A DNA stretch of 64,000 nt from Candidatus Uhrbacteria bacterium RIFCSPLOWO2_01_FULL_47_17 (GTDB lineage: Bacteria > Patescibacteriota > Patescibacteriia > UBA9934 > GWF2-40-263). Location: positions 340,208-404,207 of the forward strand of contig MGEI01000005.1 of NCBI GenBank assembly GCA_001791305.1, read 5' to 3'. Both the position numbers and the translations under genes were made by a program. The notes below the pieces were generated by a model, which saw only the letters and a list, made by a program, of their open reading frames with translations, did not search any database and was not told where the DNA came from. Below are positions 45,942 to 56,604 of this stretch, piece after piece (position 1 is the stretch's first letter; each line of letters begins with the position of its first letter).

Positions 45942-47069
45942 ATGCGCATTTTAGGAATCGAATCAAGCTGTGACGAAACCGCGATGGCGCTTGTTTCGGA
46001 AAACGAAGGCGGCATTGTGATTGAAAAAAGTTTGGTCGCATCACAAATCGATCTTCACAAAATTTACGGTGGCGTTGTGCCAGAAGTTGCGGCGCGTGAA
46101 CACGTGAGTGCTATTTTTCCAATGCTCCTCGAGATGGGTATTTCACGCGATGGTCATGAGATCGACGCTATTGCCGTGACGGCGGGCCCCGGACTTGTTG
46201 CTGCGCTCCGCATCGGCGTCGAACTCGCAAAAACACTTGCATGGATGTGGAACAAGCCGCTTGTTGCGGCGAATCACCTTGAGGGGCACGTGTATTCGGT
46301 GTGGGGGCAGGGGAGCAAGAGTGAAAGAGTGATGGAGTGTAAGAGTGAAGGTAAGGGGAAATTCTTTGATTTTATTAACAAACAAAAAAAGGTTTTTCTT
46401 CCATCACTCAACCACTCCATCACTCAACCACTCTGTCTCCCTCCCCAATTTCCCGCCCTGTGTCTCCTCGTCTCCGGTGGTCATACGGAACTTTTTCTCA
46501 TGCGTGATCATGGACAATACGAACTCATTGGTATGACGCGTGATGATGCGGCGGGGGAAGCGTTTGATAAAGTTGCGAAGCTTCTTGGACTTGGATATCC
46601 AGGCGGACCCGCTATCTCGAAGATCGCGCTCGAAGGGAACCCAAACGCGATTGCGTTTCCGCGTCCAATGATTGAAAGCGGAGATTCTGATTTTAGTTTT
46701 TCAGGATTAAAGACGGCTGTGCGAGTGTATCTCGAAGCGCATCCGGAAGCATCCGTCGCAGATGTTGCCGCGTCATTCCAACAAGCTGTCGTCGAGATTC
46801 TTACGATCAAAACGCTTGCGGCCGTCAATCAATTTTCACCTAAATCTGTTATTTTATCCGGTGGCGTCTCTGCAAATCGCGCGCTGCGAGATTTACTCTC
46901 GAGCGAACTCACGAAACAATTTCCGGATGTGACGTTTCATGCTCCAGATCTTTCACTCTCTGGCGATAACGCCGCAATGATCGCGATTGCAGGACTCTTC
47001 CGCGCAAAGCAAAAAGATTTTACAGACCCGCTTTCACTCGAAGCCCAGCCGAATCTTCGGCTGGTATAG
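45942..47069 (+). CDS. tsaD: tRNA N6-adenosine threonylcarbamoyltransferase TsaD (Kae1/Qri7 family) carrying an in-frame insertion of about 42 aa
   Basis: MRILGIESSCDETA, HLEGH, LLVSGGHTEL, GEAFDKVAKLLGLGYPGGP. The insertion sits between GHVYSVW and FPALCLLVSGGHT. Confidence 0.85.
   Translation: MRILGIESSCDETAMALVSENEGGIVIEKSLVASQIDLHKIYGGVVPEVAAREHVSAIFPMLLEMGISRDGHEIDAIAVTAGPGLVAALRIGVELAKTLAWMWNKPLVAANHLEGHVYSVWGQGSKSERVMECKSEGKGKFFDFINKQKKVFLPSLNHSITQPLCLPPQFPALCLLVSGGHTELFLMRDHGQYELIGMTRDDAAGEAFDKVAKLLGLGYPGGPAISKIALEGNPNAIAFPRPMIESGDSDFSFSGLKTAVRVYLEAHPEASVADVAASFQQAVVEILTIKTLAAVNQFSPKSVILSGGVSANRALRDLLSSELTKQFPDVTFHAPDLSLSGDNAAMIAIAGLFRAKQKDFTDPLSLEAQPNLRLV
46310..46445. repeat. GTGA-rich palindromic element (copy 3 of 4) inserted in-frame in tsaD
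   Basis: Left arm gagcaagagtgaaagagtgatggagtgtaagagtgaagg, AT-rich centre, right arm ccatcactcaaccactccatcactcaaccactctg. It is translated as GQGSKSERVMECKSEGKGKFFDFINKQKKVFLPSLNHSITQPLCLPPQ. Confidence 0.55.
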
Positions 47070-47094
47070 GTCCTATTGGTCCTATACGACTTAT

Positions 47095-47520
47095 ATGATT
47101 TCAAATTCCCTTGAACAAACAAAAAAACTTGCCCATGACTTTGCCGCCACACTTCGTGGTGGCGATGTTGTGTTCCTTGAAGGCGACCTTGGAGCGGGGA
47201 AGACGAGTTTTGTGCAGGGCGTTCTTGAAGCGCTCGGTTATACAGAACCCGTTCGTTCCCCCACATTTTCGATTTTGAACACCTATCCAATTGCGAATCA
47301 TCCAACAATGGCTCGTGTGATCCACTTAGATTTTTATCGCTTCGAAACACCAAAAGAAGTTCAATCGCTTGGACTCGAAGAAATGATGCAAGACACAAAA
47401 AATATTTTTTTGATCGAGTGGCCCGAAAAAGGAATTGAAAGCGCGTCGCCGATTCGGTATACTAAACGTATTCAGTTTCGCACGATGGATGAACAGACGC
47501 GAGACATAACCATTTCCTGA
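47095..47520 (+). CDS. tsaE: tRNA threonylcarbamoyladenosine biosynthesis protein TsaE
   Basis: P-loop LEGDLGAGKTSFVQG, then PTFSILNTY. Confidence 0.75.
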   Translation: MISNSLEQTKKLAHDFAATLRGGDVVFLEGDLGAGKTSFVQGVLEALGYTEPVRSPTFSILNTYPIANHPTMARVIHLDFYRFETPKEVQSLGLEEMMQDTKNIFLIEWPEKGIESASPIRYTKRIQFRTMDEQTRDITIS

Positions 47521-47521
47521 T

Positions 47522-48631
47522 ATGACATTTGCAGAAGTTGGAGGCTATCGAGCGGGTGGTGCGCCCCCTCGAGCGACCGTGTCAAAGTTTGACGTCATCT
47601 ACCCCGCAAGTGGAGATTCCGAGGCTGCTGCGTTGTATTTGCGCGAGGTGTATCGCGGACTTGATGGTCAGCCAAAGATCGATGAATTTACAAGAGTCCC
47701 GCTCTCAAAGCGTGAGGCAGATAAAAAGTTGGAGCGCGAGCTTGGAAAGGAATATCGTGGATCCGGAACAGAAGAAGGGGTTGTGCTCGAGCAATTTTTG
47801 ATTCAGGAAGTGGATCGCAATGACTGGCTCGGAGGTGCGGCGTTTCGTACAACCAGGTTTGATGATTTGAAGGGGATTGATACGGTCCTCGAATGGGATG
47901 AAGCGGGTCGATTCGGTCGATATCCTCGATTGCTTGTTGATTACACAACTTCACAACTTCCAGAACGCGTAGCGGAGAAAAAAGAAAAACTGGTGAGGGG
48001 AGGAGATGTTATTTATTATCGTTCGCCGTTTGAAACGGATGAAGCAGGAGAAGAAAAACAGCTGTCTTTGTATGGCATGCCGGTTGTGATTTTAGGGATT
48101 GATAAGTCGTTCATGCCGCGCATTGCCGGAATGGCAAAACAAAATGAAAAACCTCGCACGATGCGTGATGGCATGCTGAGTAAAAACATTAGCCCTATCA
48201 CGTATAAGGATCATCCGTTGCAGGTTTTATTGCTCGAACAAGCGCTCGCGCAAGTGGATGTACAAGTGCGTGCGGCTGCAGCGCGATTGTTGAACTTGGA
48301 GAAAACCATCGGAGATCGAGGTGCGGCAGATACGCTGGATGCCCTGCGATTCAAAATTGGAAGTGGCCGCATCACGCCCGAGGAAATGATTAAAATGCTG
48401 AAAGGAATTGAACCTGCCTTGCGTGTGTATCAAGAAAAAAATAAAGGGAACACGGCTGTTATAAGTAATGTCCTTGCGATTCCGAAATGGGAAAATCTTG
48501 CGGCGGTGTATCAGTTGCTTTCAGAAAAAATGGCGGAAGTTCAAGCAAATAAAAATGCCGACCAATTGATGGCGGCACGAGCTTGGAAGACGGCATCCAC
48601 AACCCATAAACTTCTTATGAAGGCTGCGTAG
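47522..48631 (+). CDS. Hypothetical protein (369 aa)
   Basis: ORF starting 2 nt after the tsaE stop. No recognisable motif. Confidence 0.5.
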   Translation: MTFAEVGGYRAGGAPPRATVSKFDVIYPASGDSEAAALYLREVYRGLDGQPKIDEFTRVPLSKREADKKLERELGKEYRGSGTEEGVVLEQFLIQEVDRNDWLGGAAFRTTRFDDLKGIDTVLEWDEAGRFGRYPRLLVDYTTSQLPERVAEKKEKLVRGGDVIYYRSPFETDEAGEEKQLSLYGMPVVILGIDKSFMPRIAGMAKQNEKPRTMRDGMLSKNISPITYKDHPLQVLLLEQALAQVDVQVRAAAARLLNLEKTIGDRGAADTLDALRFKIGSGRITPEEMIKMLKGIEPALRVYQEKNKGNTAVISNVLAIPKWENLAAVYQLLSEKMAEVQANKNADQLMAARAWKTASTTHKLLMKAA

Positions 48632-48842
48632 ATGATTTGATTGTATCTCCAAAGTACTGATCGAACAGTTCTCCAAGCGAGGGGATTTCTGTTGCGCCAT
48701 TTCGAACGAGTTCTGTCTGCCGTTCGAGAAGCGCACGTTGAACTTCCATCGCATCGATCACATTTGGATCGGTTCCCTCAAGACGTATACGCAAGTTTGG
48801 AGGGAGCCGTTTGATGAGAAGCAGGTATTGCTTCCGAGTCAT
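48615..48842 (-). CDS. Small hypothetical protein (75 aa)
   Basis: Minus-strand ORF with GGAGGAA upstream; overlaps the 3' end of the 47522 gene. Confidence 0.3.
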   Translation of the reverse strand: MTRKQYLLLIKRLPPNLRIRLEGTDPNVIDAMEVQRALLERQTELVRNGATEIPSLGELFDQYFGDTIKSSTQPS

Positions 48843-48960
48843 GGTTCCTCCATCCTCACGTGTTGCGAGGGAGGACAGAATCTACCATGTCGGTTGCGGT
48901 GCGTCAAGAAATTTATCGAGAAACAAGAAAAAAACAAGGCTTTTAAGCCTTGTTTTTCGA

Positions 48961-50700
48961 TTATGCACTTTCTCCCGCAACACGGAGAATCTCGTCGACG
49001 GTTGTAAGGCCGTCGAGAACTTTGAGAATTCCATCTTGTTGCATGGTGGTCATGCCTTGTTTTTTGGCGAGTTCGCGAACTTGATATTCCGAAATTTGTT
49101 CAGACATGCTTGCTTTGATTTCGTCACTCATCGTGAGGATTTCGTAAATTCCGAGTCGCCCTTTGTAACCAGATTTGTTGCACGCATCGCATCCTTTTCC
49201 TTTAAAAAATTTCCATTCAGTTTCTGCTGCAACAACCTCGCCGGATTCAGGAGGAATTGTGCTCGCAACTTTTTTTACAAATTCAAGTTGCTCAGGAGTG
49301 AGTTGAACTTGTTCTTTACAGTTCGTACAAATTTTTCGGGTAAGGCGCTGTCCAATGATCGCGTTTAAGGCTGGGGCGAGGAGGAAGGGTTTGACACCCA
49401 TCGAGATAAAGCGGGGGATCGCTCCTGCAGCGTCATTCGTGTGGAGTGTCGAGAGAAGCAAGTGTCCCGTAAGCGCGGCGTTGATCGCGACATCAGCGGT
49501 CTCGAGATCGCGGATTTCCCCGACCATCACAACGTCTGGATCTTGGCGCAAGATGGATCGAAGTCCTCCGGCGAACGTATAATTCTTTGCGTGATCAATT
49601 TGGGACTGGTTGATTCCTTCGAGCTTGTACTCGACTGGATCTTCGAGCGTAATGATTTTCACGCCTGGTGTATTCAGTTTACGAAGAATGGCGTACAGCG
49701 TCGTTGTTTTTCCGGAACCGGTTGGTCCCGTTGTCATGACCATACCGTGAGGCTTTTCGATCTCTTTGAGCAATCGTTTTTCTGCGAGTGGGCGATATCC
49801 GAGCTGTGAAAACTCCACGTTAATGGCACTCGGTTTCAAAATACGCATAACGACAGACTCTCCGTACGCTGTTGGGATCGTTGAGACACGCACGTCCGTG
49901 TCGCCTGATTTCAGAAAAATTGTGAAGCGTCCGTCTTGTGGGCGATCGATGACGTTAATCTTCAATCCAGAAATAAGTTTGATGCGCGCAATGATTTTTT
50001 TCCAAAGGTCGGCGTCCAGTGATGCGACCTCTTGGAGAATGCCGTCGATACGCAAGCGGATAATAATTTTCTTTTCCTCTGCTTCAACGTGAATGTCAGA
50101 TGTTCCAAATTGGAGAGCGGCTGCGATAACAATGGTGATGATGTCTGTAATGGACGCCGCGCCGATTACGCCCTGAACGTCGCCGTAGGATTTCATTTTG
50201 GATTGGAAGATTTGGAGTTCTTCATCGGTGATTTTTACTCCTTTGATAATGGCTTTAATGATGGGGAGCGTGTCATACGCCTTAATGGCAATACGCAAGC
50301 TTTCTTCTGAAATTTGATACACCCCTCCGTTTGCTTTTGTGCGCTCACCAATTTGGTACACCAATTCTTTTACGGCCGGACTTTTTGGATCAACCGCTGC
50401 GAGCCGCACTTCTGTTCCGGTGTACAAAAAACAGATCGCTTTCAGCGTTTCAGCTTGTTCTTTTGGAACCTGTCGCAAGGCATCTGGTGAGATGGGAAAT
50501 CCTTTTATGTTCACATACGGAATTCCTGCTTTTTTGGCAAGCTCTGCGGTTTCCGCTTCTTTTTCTTTGAGGCGAACATCATGCATTTTATCGGTGAGGG
50601 CATTGATGGCAGAAGGGGATCCCGCGGGAGCAGCCGCACTTTTTGCCCCTACATGTTGCAACAGGTCTTCGATGCTTTGGGTATCGTTCGACATAAACAA
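48961..50700 (-). CDS. pilB: Type II/IV secretion system ATPase (PilB/GspE family)
   Basis: Walker A GPTGSGKTTT, Asp/His boxes, and a C-terminal tetracysteine CTNCK...CDACNKSGY. Confidence 0.85.
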   Translation of the reverse strand: MFMSNDTQSIEDLLQHVGAKSAAAPAGSPSAINALTDKMHDVRLKEKEAETAELAKKAGIPYVNIKGFPISPDALRQVPKEQAETLKAICFLYTGTEVRLAAVDPKSPAVKELVYQIGERTKANGGVYQISEESLRIAIKAYDTLPIIKAIIKGVKITDEELQIFQSKMKSYGDVQGVIGAASITDIITIVIAAALQFGTSDIHVEAEEKKIIIRLRIDGILQEVASLDADLWKKIIARIKLISGLKINVIDRPQDGRFTIFLKSGDTDVRVSTIPTAYGESVVMRILKPSAINVEFSQLGYRPLAEKRLLKEIEKPHGMVMTTGPTGSGKTTTLYAILRKLNTPGVKIITLEDPVEYKLEGINQSQIDHAKNYTFAGGLRSILRQDPDVVMVGEIRDLETADVAINAALTGHLLLSTLHTNDAAGAIPRFISMGVKPFLLAPALNAIIGQRLTRKICTNCKEQVQLTPEQLEFVKKVASTIPPESGEVVAAETEWKFFKGKGCDACNKSGYKGRLGIYEILTMSDEIKASMSEQISEYQVRELAKKQGMTTMQQDGILKVLDGLTTVDEILRVAGESA

Positions 50701-50752
50701 AAAACTGAAGATAATTCTTCTTCAGTTTACTTGTTTTTTTGGATCGCCGCAA

Positions 50753-51742
50753 TTAGGCGCGTTTGAACATTCGGAGGATTTTTGCGATGGGGAGTTTTGA
50801 GTGTGAACGGTGTTCTGTACGCTTATAAAAAAGGTACCATGCGCTGTATTGGAAGGTCACCATCGCCCCACCAAAGGCAAAGACAATCAGAAGCGCAAAT
50901 ATTCCGTAAAGGACGTTTGTGAGGACAAAAATGACAAAGGATCCCGTGAGAAGGGAGGCTGTATAAAGAAGGCCGTAAGGAATACTGAGGGCGATGACGA
51001 GTCCGAGTAAGACAAAACAAGCAAGACTCATGAGACAAAAAAGGATGAAGGCGTATTCAAGTGTTGCGAGCCAGTGAGTTTTGAAAATAGTCCAAGCGGT
51101 TGTAATCGCTTCCGAAACCGTTGATTCCGTTTCAATGACGTGAATGACAGACAAGATGGAAAGAATGCTTACGATCAATACCGCTGGGAAAAAGACAAGG
51201 GTTTGAACAAAGGCGATGGTAAAACTGTAAGAGGAGTGTTGGACGTAGTACCAAAGCATCGGAAGGGTTGTGAGAGAAACAAGGATTGCACCAAGGATTT
51301 TTGTAAGGGCATCAATGGTGAAGATGCGAAAAAGGTGGTCGTGCGCACGCTTGCGAACAATGTTTGGGTGTTCATGCGTTGGGGCTTTGATGCCATGAAT
51401 GAGCGCGGTTTGCGAGAGGACAGCAAGAAATAACAAGCCGATAAAGATAAGGGTCATGCAAATAATCATGGCACCGAGTCTGAAGGAGCCGAATGCTTGC
51501 ATTTGGCCTATGTATTTTCCCATGAGTGCGTACCCAGAAAAGGACGTATCAAGTAACTGATGCATGAACGAACCCCCGCGTTGAACGCGGCGCATGCTGG
51601 TTGTTGCAATGTCCATGACACCTCCCGTTGAGATAAATGCCGCGAAGATACCAAAAATCCACAGCGTTTTACGTTGCCAGGTGAGGCGAAAGGCCTCACG
51701 CAAAAGCGTACGATAAATCGCTGTGGAATTTTTGATGTTCAT
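50753..51742 (-). CDS. Polytopic membrane protein (329 aa), function unknown
   Basis: About 8 transmembrane helices. Confidence 0.5.
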   Translation of the reverse strand: MNIKNSTAIYRTLLREAFRLTWQRKTLWIFGIFAAFISTGGVMDIATTSMRRVQRGGSFMHQLLDTSFSGYALMGKYIGQMQAFGSFRLGAMIICMTLIFIGLLFLAVLSQTALIHGIKAPTHEHPNIVRKRAHDHLFRIFTIDALTKILGAILVSLTTLPMLWYYVQHSSYSFTIAFVQTLVFFPAVLIVSILSILSVIHVIETESTVSEAITTAWTIFKTHWLATLEYAFILFCLMSLACFVLLGLVIALSIPYGLLYTASLLTGSFVIFVLTNVLYGIFALLIVFAFGGAMVTFQYSAWYLFYKRTEHRSHSKLPIAKILRMFKRA

Positions 51743-51754
51743 ATCTCCGATAAG

Positions 51755-53602
51755 TTATGCGGTGTACGTATTAGGTTGTACCGCATTGCTGCCTGCAAAG
51801 AGTGCATCGAATTCTTCTTTTTCAAGAACTTCTTTTTCAAGAAGCGCTTTTGCAATCTTATCCAGGTGCATTTTTTCTTTTCGGATTATACCACGAGTTG
51901 TTTCAAGGGCGCCATTGACGAGCTTTTCAACTTCAAGGTCAATGAGCTCTGCGGTTTTTTCAGAATAGTTACGTTGTTCATGGATGTCTCGTCCAAGAAA
52001 GACCATTTCTTGATGCTCTCCAAACACACGAGGTCCAAGCGTTTCGCTCATTCCGTAACGTGTGACGAGTTCACGCGCAAGACGTGTGCACTTTCGAAGG
52101 TCATCGGACGCTCCGGTTGTTACATCTCCAAATGTTTCTTTTTCCGCAACGAATCCTCCAAGCATAACTGCGAGGTCTGCAAGGAATTCTCCGCGCTTGT
52201 GAAGACGCTTGTCTTCACCGGGAACTTTCATGGTGTAACCACCAGCGCTCCCGCGAGGAATAATGGAAACTTTGTGAACAGGGTCTGAATTTGGAAGGAT
52301 ATGCGCAATGATCGCGTGTCCCGCTTCATGATACGCCGTCACCTTCTTTTCTTCTTTGCTCATGACAGAACTTCGGCGCTCAGGTCCAAGCATGACTTTT
52401 TCAATCGAATCAAGAACGTCTTCTTGAGTAATTTTTGTATCATTGCGACGAGCCGCGCGAATGGCAGCTTCGTTTAAAAGATTCATGAGATCCGCTCCGG
52501 CCATTCCGGCTGTGCGTTCTGCCACGCGACGCAAATTGATTTCGGGGACGAGCGGTTTGTTTTTTGCATAGATCGTGAGAATGGCCTCACGTTCGTTGAT
52601 GTCTGGAAGATCAAGGATTACGCGGCGGTCGAATCGACCTGGGCGCAAAAGCGCTGGGTCGAGAACATCCGGACGGTTTGTGGCCGCAATGACGATGACG
52701 CCAAGGTTTGCTTCAAATCCATCCATCTCAACCAAGATTTGGTTGAGTGTCTGTTCACGTTCGTCATGAGATCCGCCCATTCCGGAACCGCGTTGGCGAC
52801 CAACGGCGTCAATTTCATCAATGAAGATGATACATGGTGCGGATTTTTTTGCGCGGGCAAAGAGGTCGCGCACACGTGATGCTCCGACCCCCACAAACAT
52901 TTCTACAAACTCCGATCCGCTCATGTGGAAGAAGGGAACACCGGCTTCTCCTGCAACCGCACGCGCAAGCAAGGTTTTTCCGGTTCCAGGACGTCCCATG
53001 AGGAGAACTCCTTTTGGAATTTTTGCGCCAAGATCGGAAAACTTTTTTGGATTCTTTAAGAATTCAACCACTTCCTGTAATTCTTCCTTAGACTCTTTTG
53101 CCCCTGCAACGTCTGCAAAGGTGACTTTTAGTTTTTGTTCTTTGTTGAATTCTTTGGCGTTTGAATTACCAAATTGCATCGCTTTGCTGTTTGCCCCTTG
53201 CATTTGGCGAAGCATGAACCAAAACACAAGCATGAGAAGAAGGAGCGGAAGTAACGACGGCAGAATCACGCCAAGAATATACGAGCGCGTTGAACGATCT
53301 TTGACCGTGATGTTTGCGCCACGTAATTGTTCTGCGGTCACACCATAATCGATAAAGACTTCCGGAAGCGACACGCTTGATTCTTTGCGTGTGGTTTGTT
53401 TGGTCCCATCTTTAAGGGTGATCGCAATATCTGTTCCTTCAATATCTATTGCTTGCACGCTTCCATTTTGGATTTCTTCAACCACTTTCGCGATGTTCAC
53501 GTCAATCGGTTTCTCTTTTTTGAAGGTGTAGTTTGAGAAGATGATCGCAATAACCAAAACGGTTAAAATGGCGACAATCACGTTTTTTGAAAGTGGTTTC
53601 AT
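51755..53602 (-). CDS. ftsH: ATP-dependent zinc metalloprotease FtsH
   Basis: AAA motifs GRPGTGKT and IIFIDEIDA, second region of homology, and HEAGHAI zinc motif. Confidence 0.9.
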   Translation of the reverse strand: MKPLSKNVIVAILTVLVIAIIFSNYTFKKEKPIDVNIAKVVEEIQNGSVQAIDIEGTDIAITLKDGTKQTTRKESSVSLPEVFIDYGVTAEQLRGANITVKDRSTRSYILGVILPSLLPLLLLMLVFWFMLRQMQGANSKAMQFGNSNAKEFNKEQKLKVTFADVAGAKESKEELQEVVEFLKNPKKFSDLGAKIPKGVLLMGRPGTGKTLLARAVAGEAGVPFFHMSGSEFVEMFVGVGASRVRDLFARAKKSAPCIIFIDEIDAVGRQRGSGMGGSHDEREQTLNQILVEMDGFEANLGVIVIAATNRPDVLDPALLRPGRFDRRVILDLPDINEREAILTIYAKNKPLVPEINLRRVAERTAGMAGADLMNLLNEAAIRAARRNDTKITQEDVLDSIEKVMLGPERRSSVMSKEEKKVTAYHEAGHAIIAHILPNSDPVHKVSIIPRGSAGGYTMKVPGEDKRLHKRGEFLADLAVMLGGFVAEKETFGDVTTGASDDLRKCTRLARELVTRYGMSETLGPRVFGEHQEMVFLGRDIHEQRNYSEKTAELIDLEVEKLVNGALETTRGIIRKEKMHLDKIAKALLEKEVLEKEEFDALFAGSNAVQPNTYTA

Positions 53603-53605
53603 AGA

Positions 53606-54715
53606 TTATTCAACTGCTTGTTCTACAGTTGCTGGTTCACTTTTGGTTTTAAGTGAAAGGCCAAGGCGGTGTTCTTTTGGTTCAATGGAAACAATCTTAA
53701 AGCTCATGACGTCTCCTGGTTTTGCAATTTGGGTTACGTCTGTTACAGGCTTGTCAGACAATTCAGAGACGTGGGCAAGACCATGGATTTCTGCATCCAA
53801 TTCCACAAACAATCCAAATGGATTTACTTTGAGCACGGTTCCTTCAACCATTTCTCCAATTCTGTATTTTTCCGCAACGCCTGCCCATGGGTCTTGAATG
53901 AGTTTCTTCATGGACAAGAAGATCTTGCTTCCTTCAATGCCAATAATTTCGGCTTTGACGGTTTGGCCGATCTTAAGTAAATCGCGTGGATGATCAATTC
54001 GTTGCCATGCGATCTCGGAAATGTGCACAAGACCCTCGAGTGAATCAAATTTTACGAACGCTCCGAAGTCGGCAACCGCCGTTACTTCTCCTTCAATCAC
54101 ATCACCAACACCAAACTTTGAGATGACATTCTTTTGTGTGTCTTCCCAAACTGTTTTTTCGGAAACAATCATTTTTTCTTCGCCTTCTGATACGTCAATG
54201 ACACGTACGTTCATTTTTGAACCAACGTAAGAGCGAAGTTTCTCGAGAATTTTATTTTTGTCTCCACCGCTTACGCGTGGGTAGTGTTCTGGAGAGAGTT
54301 GAGAAACAGGCAAGAATCCTGTGATGTTCTGAACCGCCACAATAAGACCACCTTTGTTTGCTTCCAAAATTTTGACGTCGAATGTTTCGCCTGTGGTGAA
54401 CAAACGGCGCAATTCTTCCCAAGCTTTCTTTTGACCCGCAAAGCGGAACGAAAGTTCCATTTCTCCGTTTTCGTTTTCAAGTTCAATCACGGTTGCTTCA
54501 ACGTCGCTTCCGGCCTTCATGTCTCCTACTTCTGTGCCGCCCGTGAAAAGCTCACGGCCACGCACAACTCCTGTGGCGATTCCGTTCAAGTCGATACGGA
54601 TTTCACGGCGTCCGGATCCAACGATTTTTCCGGTTACAACGTCGCCCACCTTTGGGATATTTAAATATTGTCCTTCCTCCATCAGTTTCTGAAATTCTGT
54701 TTGTGTGTCTTTCAT
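53606..54715 (-). CDS. rpsA: 30S ribosomal protein S1 (four S1 domains)
   Basis: Repeated S1/OB domains (GDVVTGKIVG..., GQTVKAEIIGIE..., GDVIEGEVTAV..., GDVMSFKIVSIE...). Confidence 0.7.
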   Translation of the reverse strand: MKDTQTEFQKLMEEGQYLNIPKVGDVVTGKIVGSGRREIRIDLNGIATGVVRGRELFTGGTEVGDMKAGSDVEATVIELENENGEMELSFRFAGQKKAWEELRRLFTTGETFDVKILEANKGGLIVAVQNITGFLPVSQLSPEHYPRVSGGDKNKILEKLRSYVGSKMNVRVIDVSEGEEKMIVSEKTVWEDTQKNVISKFGVGDVIEGEVTAVADFGAFVKFDSLEGLVHISEIAWQRIDHPRDLLKIGQTVKAEIIGIEGSKIFLSMKKLIQDPWAGVAEKYRIGEMVEGTVLKVNPFGLFVELDAEIHGLAHVSELSDKPVTDVTQIAKPGDVMSFKIVSIEPKEHRLGLSLKTKSEPATVEQAVE

Positions 54716-54865
54716 ACAAAAATATTCCGCCAGACGGTTCGCTCGAAAAAGCTCGAGAACGGTCCAACGGGGCTAGGATTAATAAGTGGTGAAAGCTTAA
54801 TAGATCTGGGGATTTTTGGCAAGGGCGATGATCGTACATAGAAAAAACTCGACCTTGTGGTCGAG

Positions 54866-55405
54866 CTAGAGAACAATCTTCATGATGAAAGCGAACACGG
54901 CGGTGTTCAGAATGAGAAGACCGATGGTTGAGTTGAGGGTGATTAAGGTGTTTTGTGCGCGCCATCCTGTGTTTTCCGGCGTTGGATCGTATGGGCCTGT
55001 AGCGAGGGTGATGATTGCCGCTACGGCAAGGCAAGACCATCCATCCCAGGAAATAGGTTCGAAGACGAGTGCGCCTTCTAAGTTTTCAAGGAAGCTATAG
55101 AGGAATATCGCCGAAAACATGAAGATAAGTCCGAGAAGAAAGACAAGCTCTGTAAAAAACACGCAAAAAATACAGCTCATGAATCGAACGTCTGTGCGCA
55201 CGAATCCAAGCGAGGCGAGTGTGGCGACGAATGCAGTGAGTTGGCCCGCATAGACGGCCGCTGCCGGTACGTTTTTTGACCCAAGCAGGATCAAGGCGAA
55301 GAGCGCGAACCCGAGAATGGACATGCCACAGCGAAAGGTCAGGTACCTCGTGATGGGCGAAAGATTCTTGTGCCAGTTGAGCACATTCGAAAGTGCATCG
55401 ACCAT
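54866..55405 (-). CDS. Membrane protein (179 aa), function unknown
   Basis: Five hydrophobic helices. Confidence 0.4.
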   Translation of the reverse strand: MVDALSNVLNWHKNLSPITRYLTFRCGMSILGFALFALILLGSKNVPAAAVYAGQLTAFVATLASLGFVRTDVRFMSCIFCVFFTELVFLLGLIFMFSAIFLYSFLENLEGALVFEPISWDGWSCLAVAAIITLATGPYDPTPENTGWRAQNTLITLNSTIGLLILNTAVFAFIMKIVL

Positions 55406-55419
55406 TCGTTCCTCCTCAA

Positions 55420-55644
55420 CTACCGCGCGGGCAGTCGTTCCTGAAGGGTTTGATTCAATCGGTTGATCGCTTCTGTTTGCGCTTGAACCGCAGCGGACAG
55501 TTTTTGTGTTTCGCCAAGTTTTTGGTTCATTTCCGTTCTCGTGTCATCGATCTTGCGTTCGAGGGAGTCGTTGGATGTATTGCACATCATCGAACAAAAT
55601 AGAAAGAAAACCATGAACCAAATGAGATCAATATCTTGCTTCAT
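55420..55644 (-). CDS. Small single-pass membrane protein (74 aa) with a coiled-coil tail
   Basis: Start MKQDIDLIWFMVFF preceded by AAAAGGAGGAAC. Confidence 0.35.
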   Translation of the reverse strand: MKQDIDLIWFMVFFLFCSMMCNTSNDSLERKIDDTRTEMNQKLGETQKLSAAVQAQTEAINRLNQTLQERLPAR

Positions 55645-55754
55645 CGAAGTTCCTCCTTTTTTCCGTCGGCCTGTTTTGTTGGTCGACACATGAGAATAGG
55701 CAGATTTCCACGAATTGTCAATATGACGGGGGTCTTGTACCATGAGGGGAGAAA

Positions 55755-55885
55755 ATTGGATTAATCTTAAGAAGTGAATGAGTGACTGAGTGAAAGAGTG
55801 TTGGACGGTGCGATTTATTTATTTCAAATAAATAAAAAGTTGTCTCTTTTCCTTCACTTTACCACTCCATCACTCAACCACTTTG
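55755..55885. repeat. GTGA-rich palindromic element (copy 4 of 4), upstream of the 55898 gene
   Basis: Left arm gaagtgaatgagtgactgagtgaaagagtg, central AT palindrome gatttatttatttcaaataaataaa, right arm ccttcactttaccactccatcactcaaccactttg. Confidence 0.55.
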
Positions 55886-55897
55886 CCGCCCTCTCCT

Positions 55898-56578
55898 ATG
55901 TCCCATCCACAAAAAGCTCTTCTTGATGAGTTTCAGTACGCCATTCATCATTTCGTCCCAACGCTTCCAGATGAAATCAAAGTTGAGGCACAGAAGGTGC
56001 ACGATGATTTGCTCGCCGACAAAACTGTTGACGAGGCGATTATTCGTCGTACGTTTCATGATGTTGGGGTGAAAGAGTATCCGTATCGCCATGCATATGA
56101 CGAACTCATCCATACAAAGGAAGAAGGGAAGATGAATCAGTTAGTTCTCGAACATGTGGATGATGCGGTTCGCAAAGTGATCGAACCACATTTGAATGCT
56201 GGAGTGCACCTCGACGAACTTGTGCGCAGCGATTTGCTTACGGAATCTCTGACGCCAGAACAAATCTATCAAGTGGTTGATGGAATTGCGGTTGCAAAGT
56301 CGAAATTGGGTGAAGCAATCAAGTCGCATGTAAGTGCAGATACGGCTGCGTATGATGCTTTGCTTCAAAAATGGAATGATCACGTCAAAATGATTGAAGG
56401 CAAACTCGCAGAACTTCTTGAACTTGCAAAACAAGGCGATGAAGGACAAGCGTCTGAAATTAAAGGCAAAGTGCAAATGTACAAAGAAGGATTTTTGGTC
56501 ACAGAACCAGATCCAGATGTAAAAGAAATCGACGAAGAAATTGCCTACTGGAAAGAAGCGTTTGCCGAGGAAGCTTAG
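55898..56578 (+). CDS. Hypothetical acidic helical protein (about 226 aa)
   Basis: ORF starting MSHPQKALLDEFQY. Confidence 0.45.
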   Translation: MSHPQKALLDEFQYAIHHFVPTLPDEIKVEAQKVHDDLLADKTVDEAIIRRTFHDVGVKEYPYRHAYDELIHTKEEGKMNQLVLEHVDDAVRKVIEPHLNAGVHLDELVRSDLLTESLTPEQIYQVVDGIAVAKSKLGEAIKSHVSADTAAYDALLQKWNDHVKMIEGKLAELLELAKQGDEGQASEIKGKVQMYKEGFLVTEPDPDVKEIDEEIAYWKEAFAEEA

Positions 56579-56604
56579 GATGAATGTGCTATAATCTCCC
56601 ACGT

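Noticed and set aside
47522-48631. Possibility that the 369-aa protein downstream of tsaE is tsaB
   Set aside because: It has no recognisable TsaB/YeaZ ASKHA-fold motifs, so I left it as hypothetical.
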